Of a stretch of DNA of 64,000 nucleotides, positions 1-10,578 are shown piece after piece. Position 1 is the first letter of the stretch. The number at the start of each line of letters is the position of its first letter. A program made the position numbers and the translations under genes. Source of the stretch: an uncultured Gammaproteobacteria bacterium (GTDB lineage: Bacteria > Patescibacteriota > Microgenomatia > UBA8517); the NCBI GenBank assembly GCA_964427735.1, contig CAYRUS010000001.1, positions 226,173 through 290,172 of the forward strand, given 5' to 3'. The notes beneath the pieces were generated by a model. That model worked only from the letters and a program-made list of their open reading frames with translations. It did not search any database and was not told where the DNA came from.

Positions 1-1560
1 TTCATTTGAGTTAATATAAAATTTATAAGCATTAGGAAAGTAAGCAAGCCTAAATGTTAGCTTAGAATCGTCACCCAAAAGTAGTTTGTTAACACTAATA
101 GTAATTTTGCCATGAGTATTTCCTATATTAATTACATTGGCAGAAACTGCTTCTGGAAGTTGAGAATGAACTAGCGGTGTGTCAAAAGAACACGCCCGAG
201 AATCCGGATAAGTTATGTCATCACCAAGAGTAGTAGTTGAATGTCTATGATAATGTAATTTTTCAAAATCATCATAAAGATGTATGTCCTCTGAAGAAAT
301 TGGTTGAGGAAGCATGTGATTTCTGTTTCCATAAATTGCCAAAAATACACCAACTATCAAGACAAAATAAAAAATGTTTTTGTTTTTAATTTTAACTAAC
401 AAAAAACTAAACAAACTACATAGAGTAAAAACTGATATACCCAAAATCCTCCAGGGAAATTGTATTTCTTGTAACAAGGGTAATGCTTCCCACAAAAATA
501 TTGAATAGGGAAGCATAAGAAAAATCGACAAAACAGAAACTATAATAAGTAAAATAATCCAGTAATTTTTATATAAATCTTTTGTGGAAAAAGACTTTCT
601 CTTTTTAATTACAAAGGAAAATAAAAATAATATAGAAATCCCTAACACAAACCACTGTGCATATCCCAACATAAAACTCATTCCATCATTTTCAACTCCA
701 GGAGATGAATAAAAATAATCCCATCTAGAACGAATCAGTTGTTTAAGTGTAGGAAAATGGTCTTTGTAATTAAGAATATCGATCTTGCCGATACGAGTGA
801 ACTTTTTTTCAATCAATGCAGGACCTATGAAAAATGACCCAAGTCCAAATGAACCAACATAAGAAAATAATGTAAATAATATCTCTTTGGTCTTAACATT
901 TTTTTGCAAATAAAATTTTGAAAGAATATAAACTAATATTAATGGCATGATAAACATGGCCGCGAAGTTATGAGAGATAGTTAATAATCCTCCAAAAAAA
1001 CTTGCAAAAAATAGGTGAATTATTTTTTTCTTGAAATTTTTCTCTTTAAATGCCTTTGAATACCAGTACAAAACTAATGGTAATAAGGCATAGGCAATAA
1101 ATTCAGGACTTCCACGAACAAATATTAAGGAAAAGCGATAAGGAGCAAACAGATAAAGTAACGCCCCTCCAATAGCAGCAATTTTATTATTTGTTTCCTC
1201 TGACATCCATAAATAAAAAAACAAAGAAGCAAAAACTAAAGACAACAGGTAAATAATCTTAAGTGACAAAATAATATTGTTGAAAAAAAAGTCTACAATA
1301 ATAAGAAGATAATAAATTAATGGATAAAAAAAGTTGTACACAGGAACACCACATTGGTAATTGAGACTACCTGCCCAACGCAACGGGAAATGACCTTCTC
1401 TTATTGTAGCTACAGCATCAAAACTCCGTGCTATATGGTGATTCCCGTCATGAGTACTAAAAACACTATATTTGAACAATCCCTTCCCTGCCCAAACAGA
1501 AATTAAAACTAATAAAATTAAAATAATTAAATTTGTGTTACTTAAAAGCTTTTTAATCAT
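1..1560 (-). CDS. polytopic membrane protein, putative GT-C-type glycosyltransferase; C-terminus runs off window start (partial)
   Basis: Minus-strand frame opens at ATG 1558-1560 (MIKKLLSNTNLIILILLVLI...) and stays open to position 1. It is absent from the ORF track only because it is truncated. It has many hydrophobic helices and an HDGNHH / EGHFPLRW loop. It is the first of a run of paralogous membrane glycosyltransferase-like genes. Confidence 0.5.
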   Translation of the reverse strand, partial: MIKKLLSNTNLIILILLVLISVWAGKGLFKYSVFSTHDGNHHIARSFDAVATIREGHFPLRWAGSLNYQCGVPVYNFFYPLIYYLLIIVDFFFNNIILSLKIIYLLSLVFASLFFYLWMSEETNNKIAAIGGALLYLFAPYRFSLIFVRGSPEFIAYALLPLVLYWYSKAFKEKNFKKKIIHLFFASFFGGLLTISHNFAAMFIMPLILVYILSKFYLQKNVKTKEILFTLFSYVGSFGLGSFFIGPALIEKKFTRIGKIDILNYKDHFPTLKQLIRSRWDYFYSSPGVENDGMSFMLGYAQWFVLGISILFLFSFVIKKRKSFSTKDLYKNYWIILLIIVSVLSIFLMLPYSIFLWEALPLLQEIQFPWRILGISVFTLCSLFSFLLVKIKNKNIFYFVLIVGVFLAIYGNRNHMLPQPISSEDIHLYDDFEKLHYHRHSTTTLGDDITYPDSRACSFDTPLVHSQLPEAVSANVINIGNTHGKITISVNKLLLGDDSKLTFRLAYFPNAYKFYINSNE

Positions 1561-1599
1561 TGAATAAATAGGAAGTTTATTTTTATTATGTAGCACATA

Positions 1600-3180
1600 C
1601 TAATTTTCCGGGAAGTTATGAACTAATTTATACAAATGAACACCTTCAACTACCCAAGCATCCTCAATCTTACTCCAACCAAAATTAGCTACTTCTGTTT
1701 TTGGATTACTTGTTGGCTGACATTTTTGCGCATCCTCGTATTCACAAATGACATAAAGCTGTTCTGTAATTGTTTCATCAGCTTTTTGAGGATCTATCCC
1801 TACAATAGGCTCTCCCCACAACTCTAGAAAATACCAATAAGCACCTTCATAATTTCTTTCTGCTATTACAGCAATATTAAACTTGTTTGCATTTGCTTCT
1901 TCCTTTATCTTTTCTGCTACCGCTATTGATCTTTGCATCTGTCTAGCAGGTGGAAATCTAAATGGATTGTTTTTTAGGCTAAAATAGCCAAACACCCCAA
2001 CTAAAAAAATAGCAACTATTAATCCCAGTTTTTTCTTGCTATCAAACATATCCTGGATAATTCCACCCATTAATATAAATGGAGCAGGAAATAAATAACC
2101 AAAATAATGATCATAAACTTCTAATTTGTATAAACTTAAACCTAAAATCCCCACAAACAGCCACAAAAATATTAAAAAATAAGCAGACAATTTTCTAGAA
2201 TGATACTTTTCTCTTTTAAACACAAACAACCACACTAAAAGTAAGGAAAAAACCGTCATAACAATACCAGCATTTGCCTCTTCACCACCACCAAGTAACC
2301 TCATAAACACAAGTCTATTGTTTTGATAAACATTCTTTATTGAAGTCAATGGTACTGCAGAAACAGTGTCCCCCCTTTCTAAGAAAAACTCCTGCATTGC
2401 AGTGAAATTTCTCCATCCATGCCTTGCGTCAAACAGCACCAAAGGAGAAAGTAACAAGCTAAAAATTATAAAAGATAGTACCGTATATTTAGTAGCTTCT
2501 TTTTTAGAACCACGAATCCATGAATTTTTGTAAGACAATATCCAAAAAAATATAAATATTGGAAATAAAACAAGAGCCATATAATGTGATTGAAGCGAAA
2601 CTGCAAACGAAAACCCGGCAAGGATAAACCATTTCCAGTTGTTTTTAGTCCATACTTGCCACAACGAGTAAATCACAAGAAGTGCAAAAAAAGGCATAAT
2701 ATTAGGGTTCCAAGAAAATCTGGATAAATTAATTACAACAGGACTAACTGCATACAAAAATGCAGCAAGCAAACCACCAACAGCAAAAGTATTACTAGAT
2801 TTTTCAAACCATGTTTTTACTACATACCAGATAAATAAAGTTGTAGCCAAAGAAAAAACTGCAATCATAATAGCAGGACCAACAGGAGAAAAATTAGAAA
2901 GTAAAAGAGCAGGAGCCATTAAGTAATAATAAAAAGGCCCTAGGTACATATCTCCAACTGAAGTCCCTGGTCCAACAAGTATTGGGTCAAAATTTTTAAG
3001 GAGTCTCATGACTACGATTGCATCTCTTCCTTCGTCTCCAAGAAAAGTCATATACTCATCTATTCGATACAATCTTAAAATTGCACCAATTATTAAAATT
3101 ACAAAAAGTAATACTGATTCTAATTGGTTTTTACGAATGTAATCACTTATATTTGATACCTTTTTTTCAATACTTCTCAC
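1600..3180 (-). CDS. ArnT/PMT-family (GT39/GT83-like) polytopic membrane glycosyltransferase
   Basis: 526 aa, about 12 predicted TM helices. The first extracytoplasmic loop carries FLGDEGRDAIVV, resembling the ArnT/PMT motif (recalled as DExRYAE). Its start overlaps the upstream GT2 gene by 4 nt. Confidence 0.7.
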   Translation of the reverse strand: MRSIEKKVSNISDYIRKNQLESVLLFVILIIGAILRLYRIDEYMTFLGDEGRDAIVVMRLLKNFDPILVGPGTSVGDMYLGPFYYYLMAPALLLSNFSPVGPAIMIAVFSLATTLFIWYVVKTWFEKSSNTFAVGGLLAAFLYAVSPVVINLSRFSWNPNIMPFFALLVIYSLWQVWTKNNWKWFILAGFSFAVSLQSHYMALVLFPIFIFFWILSYKNSWIRGSKKEATKYTVLSFIIFSLLLSPLVLFDARHGWRNFTAMQEFFLERGDTVSAVPLTSIKNVYQNNRLVFMRLLGGGEEANAGIVMTVFSLLLVWLFVFKREKYHSRKLSAYFLIFLWLFVGILGLSLYKLEVYDHYFGYLFPAPFILMGGIIQDMFDSKKKLGLIVAIFLVGVFGYFSLKNNPFRFPPARQMQRSIAVAEKIKEEANANKFNIAVIAERNYEGAYWYFLELWGEPIVGIDPQKADETITEQLYVICEYEDAQKCQPTSNPKTEVANFGWSKIEDAWVVEGVHLYKLVHNFPEN

Positions 3181-3890
3181 TTTTTTAGTTTAAACCAAAG
3201 CTTAAATAAATCCTTAAAGCTTTCTATAATCACATCTAAGTTACGACCAGTCCCCTCTCCTTCTAACCTAGGATAATGCGTTACGGGAATCTCCACTATC
3301 TTAAATCCCTTTTTCTTTGCTTTTATTAAAAATTCACTGGATATAAATGCTCCACGCTCACTTTCTAATCTTGATATAGAGTCAACTACTTCTTTTTTAA
3401 ACAATTTAAAGCCGCAGTCTATATCTTTTACTTTTAAACCAAACATAGCAAAAACTAGATACTCCCACATTTTTGACGTGATAATTTTGCCGCGGGAGAC
3501 TTTTCGGTCTTTGTAATAACCAATTACCATATCGGCATCGGTCTTCCTTTGCTTATCTATAAAATTTGTTATCTCTGAAAAGTCAAATTGTCCATCTGAG
3601 TCTGTGAATGTTATCCATTCGTATTTTGCATTATAAATACCACTTTTGAAAGCTCCACCATAACCTCTATTTGGATTGTGGTGTATAACTTTTATTCTTT
3701 TATCATTCTTTGAAAGTTTATCGGCAATCTTACCTGTTCTGTCGCTGCTTCCGTCATTTACTATTATTACTTCCCATTTATCAGCAGTTTTTGTTAAAAC
3801 TTCGAGGGCTTTTGCAACTGTATTTTCTAAGTTTGCTTCTTCATTATAGGCGGGGAAAAAGACCGAAAGTTCCTTTAATTTGTGAGCCAT
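3177..3890 (-). CDS. GT2 family glycosyltransferase, ArnC/DPM1-like polyprenyl-phosphate sugar synthase
   Basis: 237 aa with FFPAYNEE...IIVNDGSSD...DSDGQ motifs of the GT-A fold. It overlaps the downstream ArnT-like gene by 4 nt, the classic ArnC-ArnT pairing. Confidence 0.75.
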   Translation of the reverse strand: MAHKLKELSVFFPAYNEEANLENTVAKALEVLTKTADKWEVIIVNDGSSDRTGKIADKLSKNDKRIKVIHHNPNRGYGGAFKSGIYNAKYEWITFTDSDGQFDFSEITNFIDKQRKTDADMVIGYYKDRKVSRGKIITSKMWEYLVFAMFGLKVKDIDCGFKLFKKEVVDSISRLESERGAFISSEFLIKAKKKGFKIVEIPVTHYPRLEGEGTGRNLDVIIESFKDLFKLWFKLKK

Positions 3891-4469
3891 ATAAAATAAA
3901 TTTTAGCACAGATAGTTTGTTATTGCTTTATTATAAATAATATCTTATAATATACACATGGCAGAAATTAATAGGCAACCAAATTGTGAAATTTATAGAG
4001 ATCTTGTCGCTGAGCGATAGAAGCATCATACAAGCAATGGCGTGAAAATCCTCATAATCAAACTCTTACTGCCGAATTAAACGACTGGCTACGTGAAAGA
4101 ATTTTTCACGGAATCGGAGTCTACTTAAAAGTTTATACTAGCGATCTTTCAGATAATGCAATGGAATTATTGACCAAATTAGGAGGCAAAGCAGTGTTAT
4201 CAGGAAAAGAACGTATGGACACATTTTTTATTATTCCATCAACAGGAGAACGTATTGCAAAAGACTCAACTAGCATAAACCCTGATATTTTAATTGAGGC
4301 AAACACGTCGGGTTCACTAAACATTATACTTAACCCTCACCGATTTAGATCTACTTTTCCCAATAACATTATTACTACAGTAGTTCCAGATAGTGTTAGA
4401 GAGTTTAGTGTCCTTCAAACTCATCACGATTAATTGCCTCACACTCCAAATAGTTATATCATTGCTTTA

Positions 4470-5627
4470 ATGGAACGAGTTAAAAAAATATTACCCCTGC
4501 TTGCCTTTTCACTAATTCCAACACTTTTAATTTGGCTTCCGTTTTATTTAAACCTTGAAAGTTTTTGGACTATTCCACTTCCACAAGAAGGAATGGCAAC
4601 TATAGTAGCTAATTACGATGGTCCTTTGTACATAGTAGTATCAAAGACCTTGTACAACGTACAAATGATTAAGGACTTGGTTGCGTTTCCACTACCAGCT
4701 GAGTATTATGCTGCACACTTTCCTTTGTATCCCCTTTTAATTCGCATTTTTGCACCTATCTTTGGATATCCCTATGCAATGGTTGTTGTCACCAGTCTAT
4801 CCAGTTTACTTGCCATTTATTACTTTAATAAATTAGCTTCCCTATACATTAAGGGGAGCGATCTGACTTGGTTAACATTTGTATTTTCTGTATTTCCGGC
4901 GAGATGGTTAATCGTAAGATCAGTAGGATCACCTGAACCACTTTTCTTGGCTGCTATAATTGCTGCAATTTATTACTTTAAAAAGAAAAATTATTGGCTT
5001 ACAGCCTTCTTTGGGATCCTAGCACAATTAACTAAATCCCCTGGAATACTGCTATTTATTGCTTTGGTTGCAGCCTATGTTGCTCCTACTCTTAAAGTTT
5101 TAGCAACTAAAACTTTAGGTGAATGGTTAAAATCACTTAAAATAGTGCAGTTTTTACCAGTCCTGCTTATTCCATTGTCTTTAATTGGTTTGTTTTATTT
5201 TTATGGAGTTAGGTATGGTGATTTTTTTGCCTACTTTAATTCAGGAGATAATATCCATTTGTTCTTTCCTCCATTCCAGATATTTAACTATAGTGCACCT
5301 TGGGTAGGAACATTTTGGTTAGAGGAAGTTATCTATATCTATTTATTTTTAGCGCTTGGAATAATTAGTTTAGTTAAACAAAAAGACTACATTTTAGCTT
5401 GGTTCGTGGCAATATTTACTCTTTCACTTATCTTTGTATCTCATAGAGATCTAATGAGATATTCTTTGCCTGTTGTTCCATTTTTGTTTTTAGCATGGAG
5501 AGATTTTCTAACCAAACGAGAATTTAAAATTATTTTTATATTTTTGCTTCTACCTATATATCTTTTTGCTCTTGTTTATATCTCTCAAAACACAATGCCA
5601 ATTTCTGACTGGGGACCTCTTCTTTAA
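4470..5627 (+). CDS. polytopic membrane protein, possible GT-C-like glycosyltransferase
   Basis: The ORF-track start at 4434 is a TTG. The first ATG (MERVKKILPLL...) is at 4470. About 10 TM helices; no signature I can name. Confidence 0.4.
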   Translation: MERVKKILPLLAFSLIPTLLIWLPFYLNLESFWTIPLPQEGMATIVANYDGPLYIVVSKTLYNVQMIKDLVAFPLPAEYYAAHFPLYPLLIRIFAPIFGYPYAMVVVTSLSSLLAIYYFNKLASLYIKGSDLTWLTFVFSVFPARWLIVRSVGSPEPLFLAAIIAAIYYFKKKNYWLTAFFGILAQLTKSPGILLFIALVAAYVAPTLKVLATKTLGEWLKSLKIVQFLPVLLIPLSLIGLFYFYGVRYGDFFAYFNSGDNIHLFFPPFQIFNYSAPWVGTFWLEEVIYIYLFLALGIISLVKQKDYILAWFVAIFTLSLIFVSHRDLMRYSLPVVPFLFLAWRDFLTKREFKIIFIFLLLPIYLFALVYISQNTMPISDWGPLL

Positions 5628-5628
5628 A

Positions 5629-6201
5629 ATGAATAGTCTTTTAAAATATTCGGCTCAGCAAAAACAAAAAGCAGATAAAATTCTAATTGAATCTGGAATT
5701 CTTGAAGAGCTGGAGGAATATGGAAAAATACATATCGCCGGTAGTTATGCAATAAATACAATGTACAGATCGGAGTTGGATATCTGGGTTATAGGAAAAT
5801 ATCACAACGAAGAGTTGGCTAGAAAGATATTTATTTCACTTTTTAACAAGAATTATTTTGACATGTTGTGTTTTGTGAAAGCTCGAAATACAACATTTGA
5901 GAAAAAAATATCGGGATTCTACATTCAACCTCATAAAAACTTAGGAAATAACAACTGGAAAATTGATATATGGTTAACAGTTAAATCACAATTTAAACCA
6001 CGATATAAAAGTGTTTTAAAGAAAATAAACAGCACAAAAGATCCAAATAGAACCAGAAATTTAATTCTCAATTTAAAAAAGCATTTTAGTCATAAGAGTA
6101 AATATAGAGGCAATCTATCGGGAGATGATTTCTACAAAGTGGTATTAGAGAACCCTAACTCAACCGTCGAAGAATTAATTGAGCTAATTAAAAGAAAGTA
6201 A
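5629..6201 (+). CDS. hypothetical protein, possible nucleotidyltransferase fold
   Basis: ATG at 5629 lies 2 nt after the upstream stop. AGSYAINTMYRSELDIWV fits the GSx9-13[DE]h[DE]h pattern of Pol-beta-type nucleotidyltransferases. Confidence 0.35.
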   Translation: MNSLLKYSAQQKQKADKILIESGILEELEEYGKIHIAGSYAINTMYRSELDIWVIGKYHNEELARKIFISLFNKNYFDMLCFVKARNTTFEKKISGFYIQPHKNLGNNNWKIDIWLTVKSQFKPRYKSVLKKINSTKDPNRTRNLILNLKKHFSHKSKYRGNLSGDDFYKVVLENPNSTVEELIELIKRK

Positions 6202-6282
6202 ACTAAAAATGACATCTAAGATTTTATCGTGCCAAATATTTTTCTAAGGCTCCAAGTTTTCCAGATATCTGCATTATACATG

Positions 6283-6308
6283 AAGTACCTTTAAAGGTAC
6301 TTTGGTTT
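6283..6308. terminator. bidirectional intrinsic terminator candidate between convergent genes
   Basis: Perfect hairpin AAGTACCTTTAAAGGTACTT followed by TGGTTT, located between the ends of 5629..6201 (+) and 6317..7486 (-). Confidence 0.45.
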
Positions 6309-6316
6309 ACTTAAGT

Positions 6317-7486
6317 CTACCTTCTCTTGAAGATTTTTCCTAAATTCCAGTTTCTCCAAATCACCACATTGTACATAAAGTAATTGTATGGAAGGACGAG
6401 GAATAGGATTATAAAAGGCAAGGCAAGTTGGCGGTAGCTTATACCAAAAACAGGGCTTGGTCCAATTCCGAATACGTTATCTACTACCAAACCCGCTATT
6501 GTTTGAATTACCAATGCTCCTGCAGAAGTTAAGTTAAATTGTAGGAATTTATAAATTAGATTGTTAACACCAGTAATTTTACTTTCTTTGAATGTCCAGA
6601 TATTGTTCAATATAAAGTTGCTTATTATTGAAAGCTCTACAGGTAAGGACCAAGCAATTATGCTTGGGGCATTCATGATAGTCATCAATCTAAGAAAAGT
6701 TGCATTTACTAAATATCCAATAAATCCCACTATTCCGAACTTAATAAATCTGGCTTTGTCTCTTATCCCTAGGATAATAACTGTTCTGTAGCTAGCAACC
6801 AATTCTTTCATATTAAATTTAGATTTATCAGTAGTTCTGGGTCGAAATTCTAAAGGAACTTCAACTGTTTTTTTTGAATTTTTAATACTTTGGTACAGTA
6901 AATCAATTTTATAAGCAAACCGTTCTTTTTCCATTAGATTATCAAGGTTTATCTTGTCCAAAACACCTTTTACTTTAGTCAAACGAAAACCTGTAGTCAT
7001 ATCGTGAATATTAAATTTTGTAAGAACCACACGTGAGAATAAATTTCCAAAATAACTAATAAATTTTCTAAAAAATGCCCATTCTTTGGGGATCGAACCT
7101 CCTGGGACATATCTGGAACCAATCACATATTCAGCACCGTTTAAATACGCTTCAACCATTGGTCTTACGAACTTTGGAGGATGCTGACCATCAGCATCCA
7201 TTTCCATAACAGCATTAGCATTAATCTCCTTCATTGCATATTTAAATCCAGTTATATAAGCATTTCCTAATCCTTTTCCTTTTTGTTGGATTATATGGAG
7301 GTTTTTCCTTTTCTTTGCTTCTTTTTCTACTAATTCTGTCATTCCATCTGTAGAATGATTGTCTACAACTAAAAGATGCATATCTGCCTTAATTTGGGGA
7401 AAAACCTCTTCAAAAAGTGTTGTGATCATTTTGTTTATATTTTCTGCTTCGTTCCAAGCCGCCATTACCACAACAATTCTTTGCAT
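6317..7486 (-). CDS. GT2 polyprenyl-phosphate glycosyltransferase (DPM1/GtrB-like) fused to a C-terminal GtrA-like 4-TM domain
   Basis: 389 aa. N-terminal WNEAENI...VVDNHSTDG...DADGQH GT-A motifs, then 4 TM helices typical of GtrA-like flippase-associated domains. Confidence 0.75.
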   Translation of the reverse strand: MQRIVVVMAAWNEAENINKMITTLFEEVFPQIKADMHLLVVDNHSTDGMTELVEKEAKKRKNLHIIQQKGKGLGNAYITGFKYAMKEINANAVMEMDADGQHPPKFVRPMVEAYLNGAEYVIGSRYVPGGSIPKEWAFFRKFISYFGNLFSRVVLTKFNIHDMTTGFRLTKVKGVLDKINLDNLMEKERFAYKIDLLYQSIKNSKKTVEVPLEFRPRTTDKSKFNMKELVASYRTVIILGIRDKARFIKFGIVGFIGYLVNATFLRLMTIMNAPSIIAWSLPVELSIISNFILNNIWTFKESKITGVNNLIYKFLQFNLTSAGALVIQTIAGLVVDNVFGIGPSPVFGISYRQLALPFIILFLVLPYNYFMYNVVIWRNWNLGKIFKRR

Positions 7487-7582
7487 ATTTATACTCTATC
7501 AGAAATCAAGTTAAATAAAAATATTGCTTAAATTGACCAAAATTGTAAACTAGCCTAAACTAACATGCTGTAGAATATAGAT

Positions 7583-8647
7583 ATGCAACAAAAAGGGAAG
7601 AAACTATTTACAAAAAAAAGAGCTTTTTTATTAGCAATAATTTTATTTTTAGCTTTAATTTATGTTTATAGACAGTCTCAATCAGGTTTAGAAGTAGAAA
7701 TTACCTACCTTCAAAATAAGGACTTGTCTGAATCAATTAGTGCTGCCGGATCAATAGAACCAAACCAAAAAGCCACATTATCTTTTCCTTTGGGAGGAAA
7801 AATTTCATATATTGGAGTAAAAGAAGGAAATTTTGTTAATAAATCACAGGTGCTTGCAAGTCTCGATAAGAATGATTTAAACGCGACTTACCAACAATCA
7901 TTGTCAGACTTAAGACTAGCTGAAGCAACTTTAGAAAGAGTTTATGATAATGTAAAAGGAAATGAAGTAGCTGAAAGCTTTACAGCAAAGGAAACTCGCA
8001 CTCAAGCAGAAGTAGCTAAAGACAAAGCCTTTGATGCAGTTAAAATAGCAAGAAATGCCTTAATAAATGCTGACATTGTTTCCCCAATAACCGGGTACGT
8101 TGTTTCTGTATCAGATAGTTTTTATACAGGTGCTTTTGTGGGACCGACAGATACTATTGAAGTGGTTGACCCCTCTAGTCTTTATTTTGTGGTTGAAGTA
8201 AATGAAGTAGACATTCCTAATATTCATAAAGCCCAAAAAGCAACAATTACTTTGGATGCGTATCCAAATAATGAGATTAACAGTTTGGTCGAAAGTATTG
8301 ATATCGTGTCAACAACAACCTCAACAGGGGGAACTGGATATAAAGTAAAATTATCGTTACCAAAAAGCGAAAATGATTATTTGGTTGGCATGAATGGAGA
8401 TGCTGAGTTTTTAATTCAGGAAAAAAAGGACATTAAATCTGTTCCTATTACAGCAGTCACAGACATAAATGATAAAACGTATGTCTGGATTGTAAATAAA
8501 GAAAATACAGCTGAAAAAATAGAGGTTGTCACAGGCATTTCATCAATCAGTGATATAGAAATTATCTCAGGAGATATAGAAGGGCAACCGATAATTCTTA
8601 ATCCACCTGCAAACATTAGTGATGGCATGAAGGTAAGGATCTCCTAG
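7583..8647 (+). CDS. HlyD/MacA-family periplasmic adaptor subunit of efflux pump
   Basis: 354 aa with an N-terminal TM anchor, coiled-coil and beta-barrel composition. Immediately followed by an ABC ATPase and an FtsX-type permease. Confidence 0.65.
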   Translation: MQQKGKKLFTKKRAFLLAIILFLALIYVYRQSQSGLEVEITYLQNKDLSESISAAGSIEPNQKATLSFPLGGKISYIGVKEGNFVNKSQVLASLDKNDLNATYQQSLSDLRLAEATLERVYDNVKGNEVAESFTAKETRTQAEVAKDKAFDAVKIARNALINADIVSPITGYVVSVSDSFYTGAFVGPTDTIEVVDPSSLYFVVEVNEVDIPNIHKAQKATITLDAYPNNEINSLVESIDIVSTTTSTGGTGYKVKLSLPKSENDYLVGMNGDAEFLIQEKKDIKSVPITAVTDINDKTYVWIVNKENTAEKIEVVTGISSISDIEIISGDIEGQPIILNPPANISDGMKVRIS

Positions 8648-8648
8648 A

Positions 8649-9332
8649 ATGCAAAGTGTAATTAGTACAGCAGATGTAAAAAAGACTTATATGATGGGCG
8701 AGGTGGAAGTTCATGCCTTAAAAGGAGTTACATTAAGTATAAACAACGGTGAATTTGTAGCAATCATCGGCTCTTCGGGAAGCGGTAAATCAACTCTCAT
8801 GCATATAATGGGACTTTTGGATACTCCTACTTCAGGAAAAGTTTATTTAGATGGAAAAGATGTCAGTAAACTTAATGAAGAAGAAAGTGCAACTGCAAGA
8901 AATAAACATATAGGTTTTGTTTTTCAATCATTTAATTTATTAAAAAGAACTACTGCAATTGATAATGTTGCTTTACCACTAATCTATTCAGGTGTACCTT
9001 ACGAGGAAAGGATGAAGAAAGCAGAAACACTACTTAATACCGTAGGACTAGGAGACAGACTTGACCATTTCTCAACTCAATTATCCGGTGGACAGCAGCA
9101 AAGAGTTGCAATTGCAAGAGCACTTGTTAATAATCCTAGCATTATCCTTGCTGATGAACCCACAGGAAATTTAGATTCCAAATCAGGAAAAGAGGTTATG
9201 AAACTTTTAACAGATCTTAATAAAAACGGCATTACTATAATTCTTGTAACACACGAACTTGATATTGCTAAATCAGCAAAAAGAATTATTGAATTAAAAG
9301 ATGGCCAAATAATAAAAGATACTATAAATTAA
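8649..9332 (+). CDS. ABC transporter ATP-binding protein (MacB/LolD-type)
   Basis: Walker [10 protein letters not shown], signature [15 protein letters not shown], Walker [12 protein letters not shown]. Confidence 0.85.
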   Translation: MQSVISTADVKKTYMMGEVEVHALKGVTLSINNGEFVAIIGSSGSGKSTLMHIMGLLDTPTSGKVYLDGKDVSKLNEEESATARNKHIGFVFQSFNLLKRTTAIDNVALPLIYSGVPYEERMKKAETLLNTVGLGDRLDHFSTQLSGGQQQRVAIARALVNNPSIILADEPTGNLDSKSGKEVMKLLTDLNKNGITIILVTHELDIAKSAKRIIELKDGQIIKDTIN

Positions 9333-9333
9333 T

Positions 9334-10563
9334 ATGCAAAAAATTATTCCTACTGGCTCTAGAGAAATTGTAAAACTTGCCTTGAATGCAATCTGGGTTA
9401 ATAAAACTCGATCCTCCCTAACATCGCTTGGCATTATTATTGGAGTGGCTTCTGTAATCTTACTAGTTTCTGTAGGGCAAGGCTTGCAAAACTATATAAC
9501 GAATCAATTTGAAGAACTTGGAAGCAATATGGTTATTGCACTGCCAGGACAAGTAGGAGGAGAAGATGGCGGGGTGAGCTTTGGGCAAGGTCCTCCTAAC
9601 TTCGCAGGAAGTAAACTTACTCTTGAACATACAAGAGATTTAAAAAACTTAGGATCTCCAATTGAATCAGTGGTTGCAAGTACAGAAATGCCAGCTTCAA
9701 TCAACTACAGAGGTGAGTCAAAATATACTACAATTGCCGGTATAACCCCTGAATACACGAAAATTAGAAACCTAAGGATTGGTGAAGGACGAAGCCTCAC
9801 TGAGTCTGACATAAATTTATCAAGAAAAGTAGTTATCATCGGAAAAGCAATCTCTGACGATTTATTCGGAGCTTCTACTGCACTAGAAAAGGATGTAACA
9901 ATAGGTGGAGATAAATTTAAAGTAATAGGTGTTTTAGATAGCATTGGAAGCCAAAGCATTGGATTTGATATAAATAATTTTGCAGCCATTCCAATTACAA
10001 CTGCACAACAATTATTTGGGACAGAATCAATCCAGGCAATAACAATCAAGGCAGAATCAAGAGAAGATATACCTGTTGTAATAAACATGACTGAAAGATA
10101 TTTAGAAAAAGTATTAGATGAGGATGATTTTTCTGTAGTGGACCAAAGTAGTTTATTGGAAACAATCAATAGTATTCTTGGAGTGGTAACTGCTGCTCTT
10201 GGAGGAATTGCAGCAATTTCATTAGTAGTAGGGGGCGTTGGTATTATGAATATCATGCTCGTATCCGTAACCGAAAGAACAAGAGAAATAGGACTAAGAA
10301 AGGCAGTAGGAGCCAAACCATCAGATATCCTCTACCAATTTATTGTTGAAGCAGTTACACTTTCAGCATTCGGTGGACTTGTTGGTATTATTATTGGGAC
10401 TGCAGGAGCCTACATTATTAATCAATTCTTTCCTGCAAGCGTTACTCTTTGGTCTGTTCTCCTAGCCTTTGGTGTATCTACTGCTGTGGGAATTATCTTT
10501 GGTGTTACACCTGCTTTAAGAGCTTCTAAGCTAAACCCAATTGAGGCATTAAGATACGAATAA
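9334..10563 (+). CDS. ABC transporter permease, FtsX/MacB-like with large periplasmic domain
   Basis: 409 aa. N-terminal TM helix, about 250-aa periplasmic region, then 3 C-terminal TM helices. Starts 2 nt after the ATPase gene. Confidence 0.75.
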   Translation: MQKIIPTGSREIVKLALNAIWVNKTRSSLTSLGIIIGVASVILLVSVGQGLQNYITNQFEELGSNMVIALPGQVGGEDGGVSFGQGPPNFAGSKLTLEHTRDLKNLGSPIESVVASTEMPASINYRGESKYTTIAGITPEYTKIRNLRIGEGRSLTESDINLSRKVVIIGKAISDDLFGASTALEKDVTIGGDKFKVIGVLDSIGSQSIGFDINNFAAIPITTAQQLFGTESIQAITIKAESREDIPVVINMTERYLEKVLDEDDFSVVDQSSLLETINSILGVVTAALGGIAAISLVVGGVGIMNIMLVSVTERTREIGLRKAVGAKPSDILYQFIVEAVTLSAFGGLVGIIIGTAGAYIINQFFPASVTLWSVLLAFGVSTAVGIIFGVTPALRASKLNPIEALRYE

Positions 10564-10578
10564 GCTATAATATAAACT

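Noticed and set aside
1636-1827. 63-aa plus-strand ORF
   Set aside because: Embedded antisense in the ArnT-like gene. Not credible.
9705-10316. 203-aa and 66-aa minus-strand ORFs inside the ABC permease gene
   Set aside because: They are antisense to a well-supported FtsX/MacB-type permease and have Ser/Thr/Pro-rich, low-information translation typical of AT-rich antisense frames.
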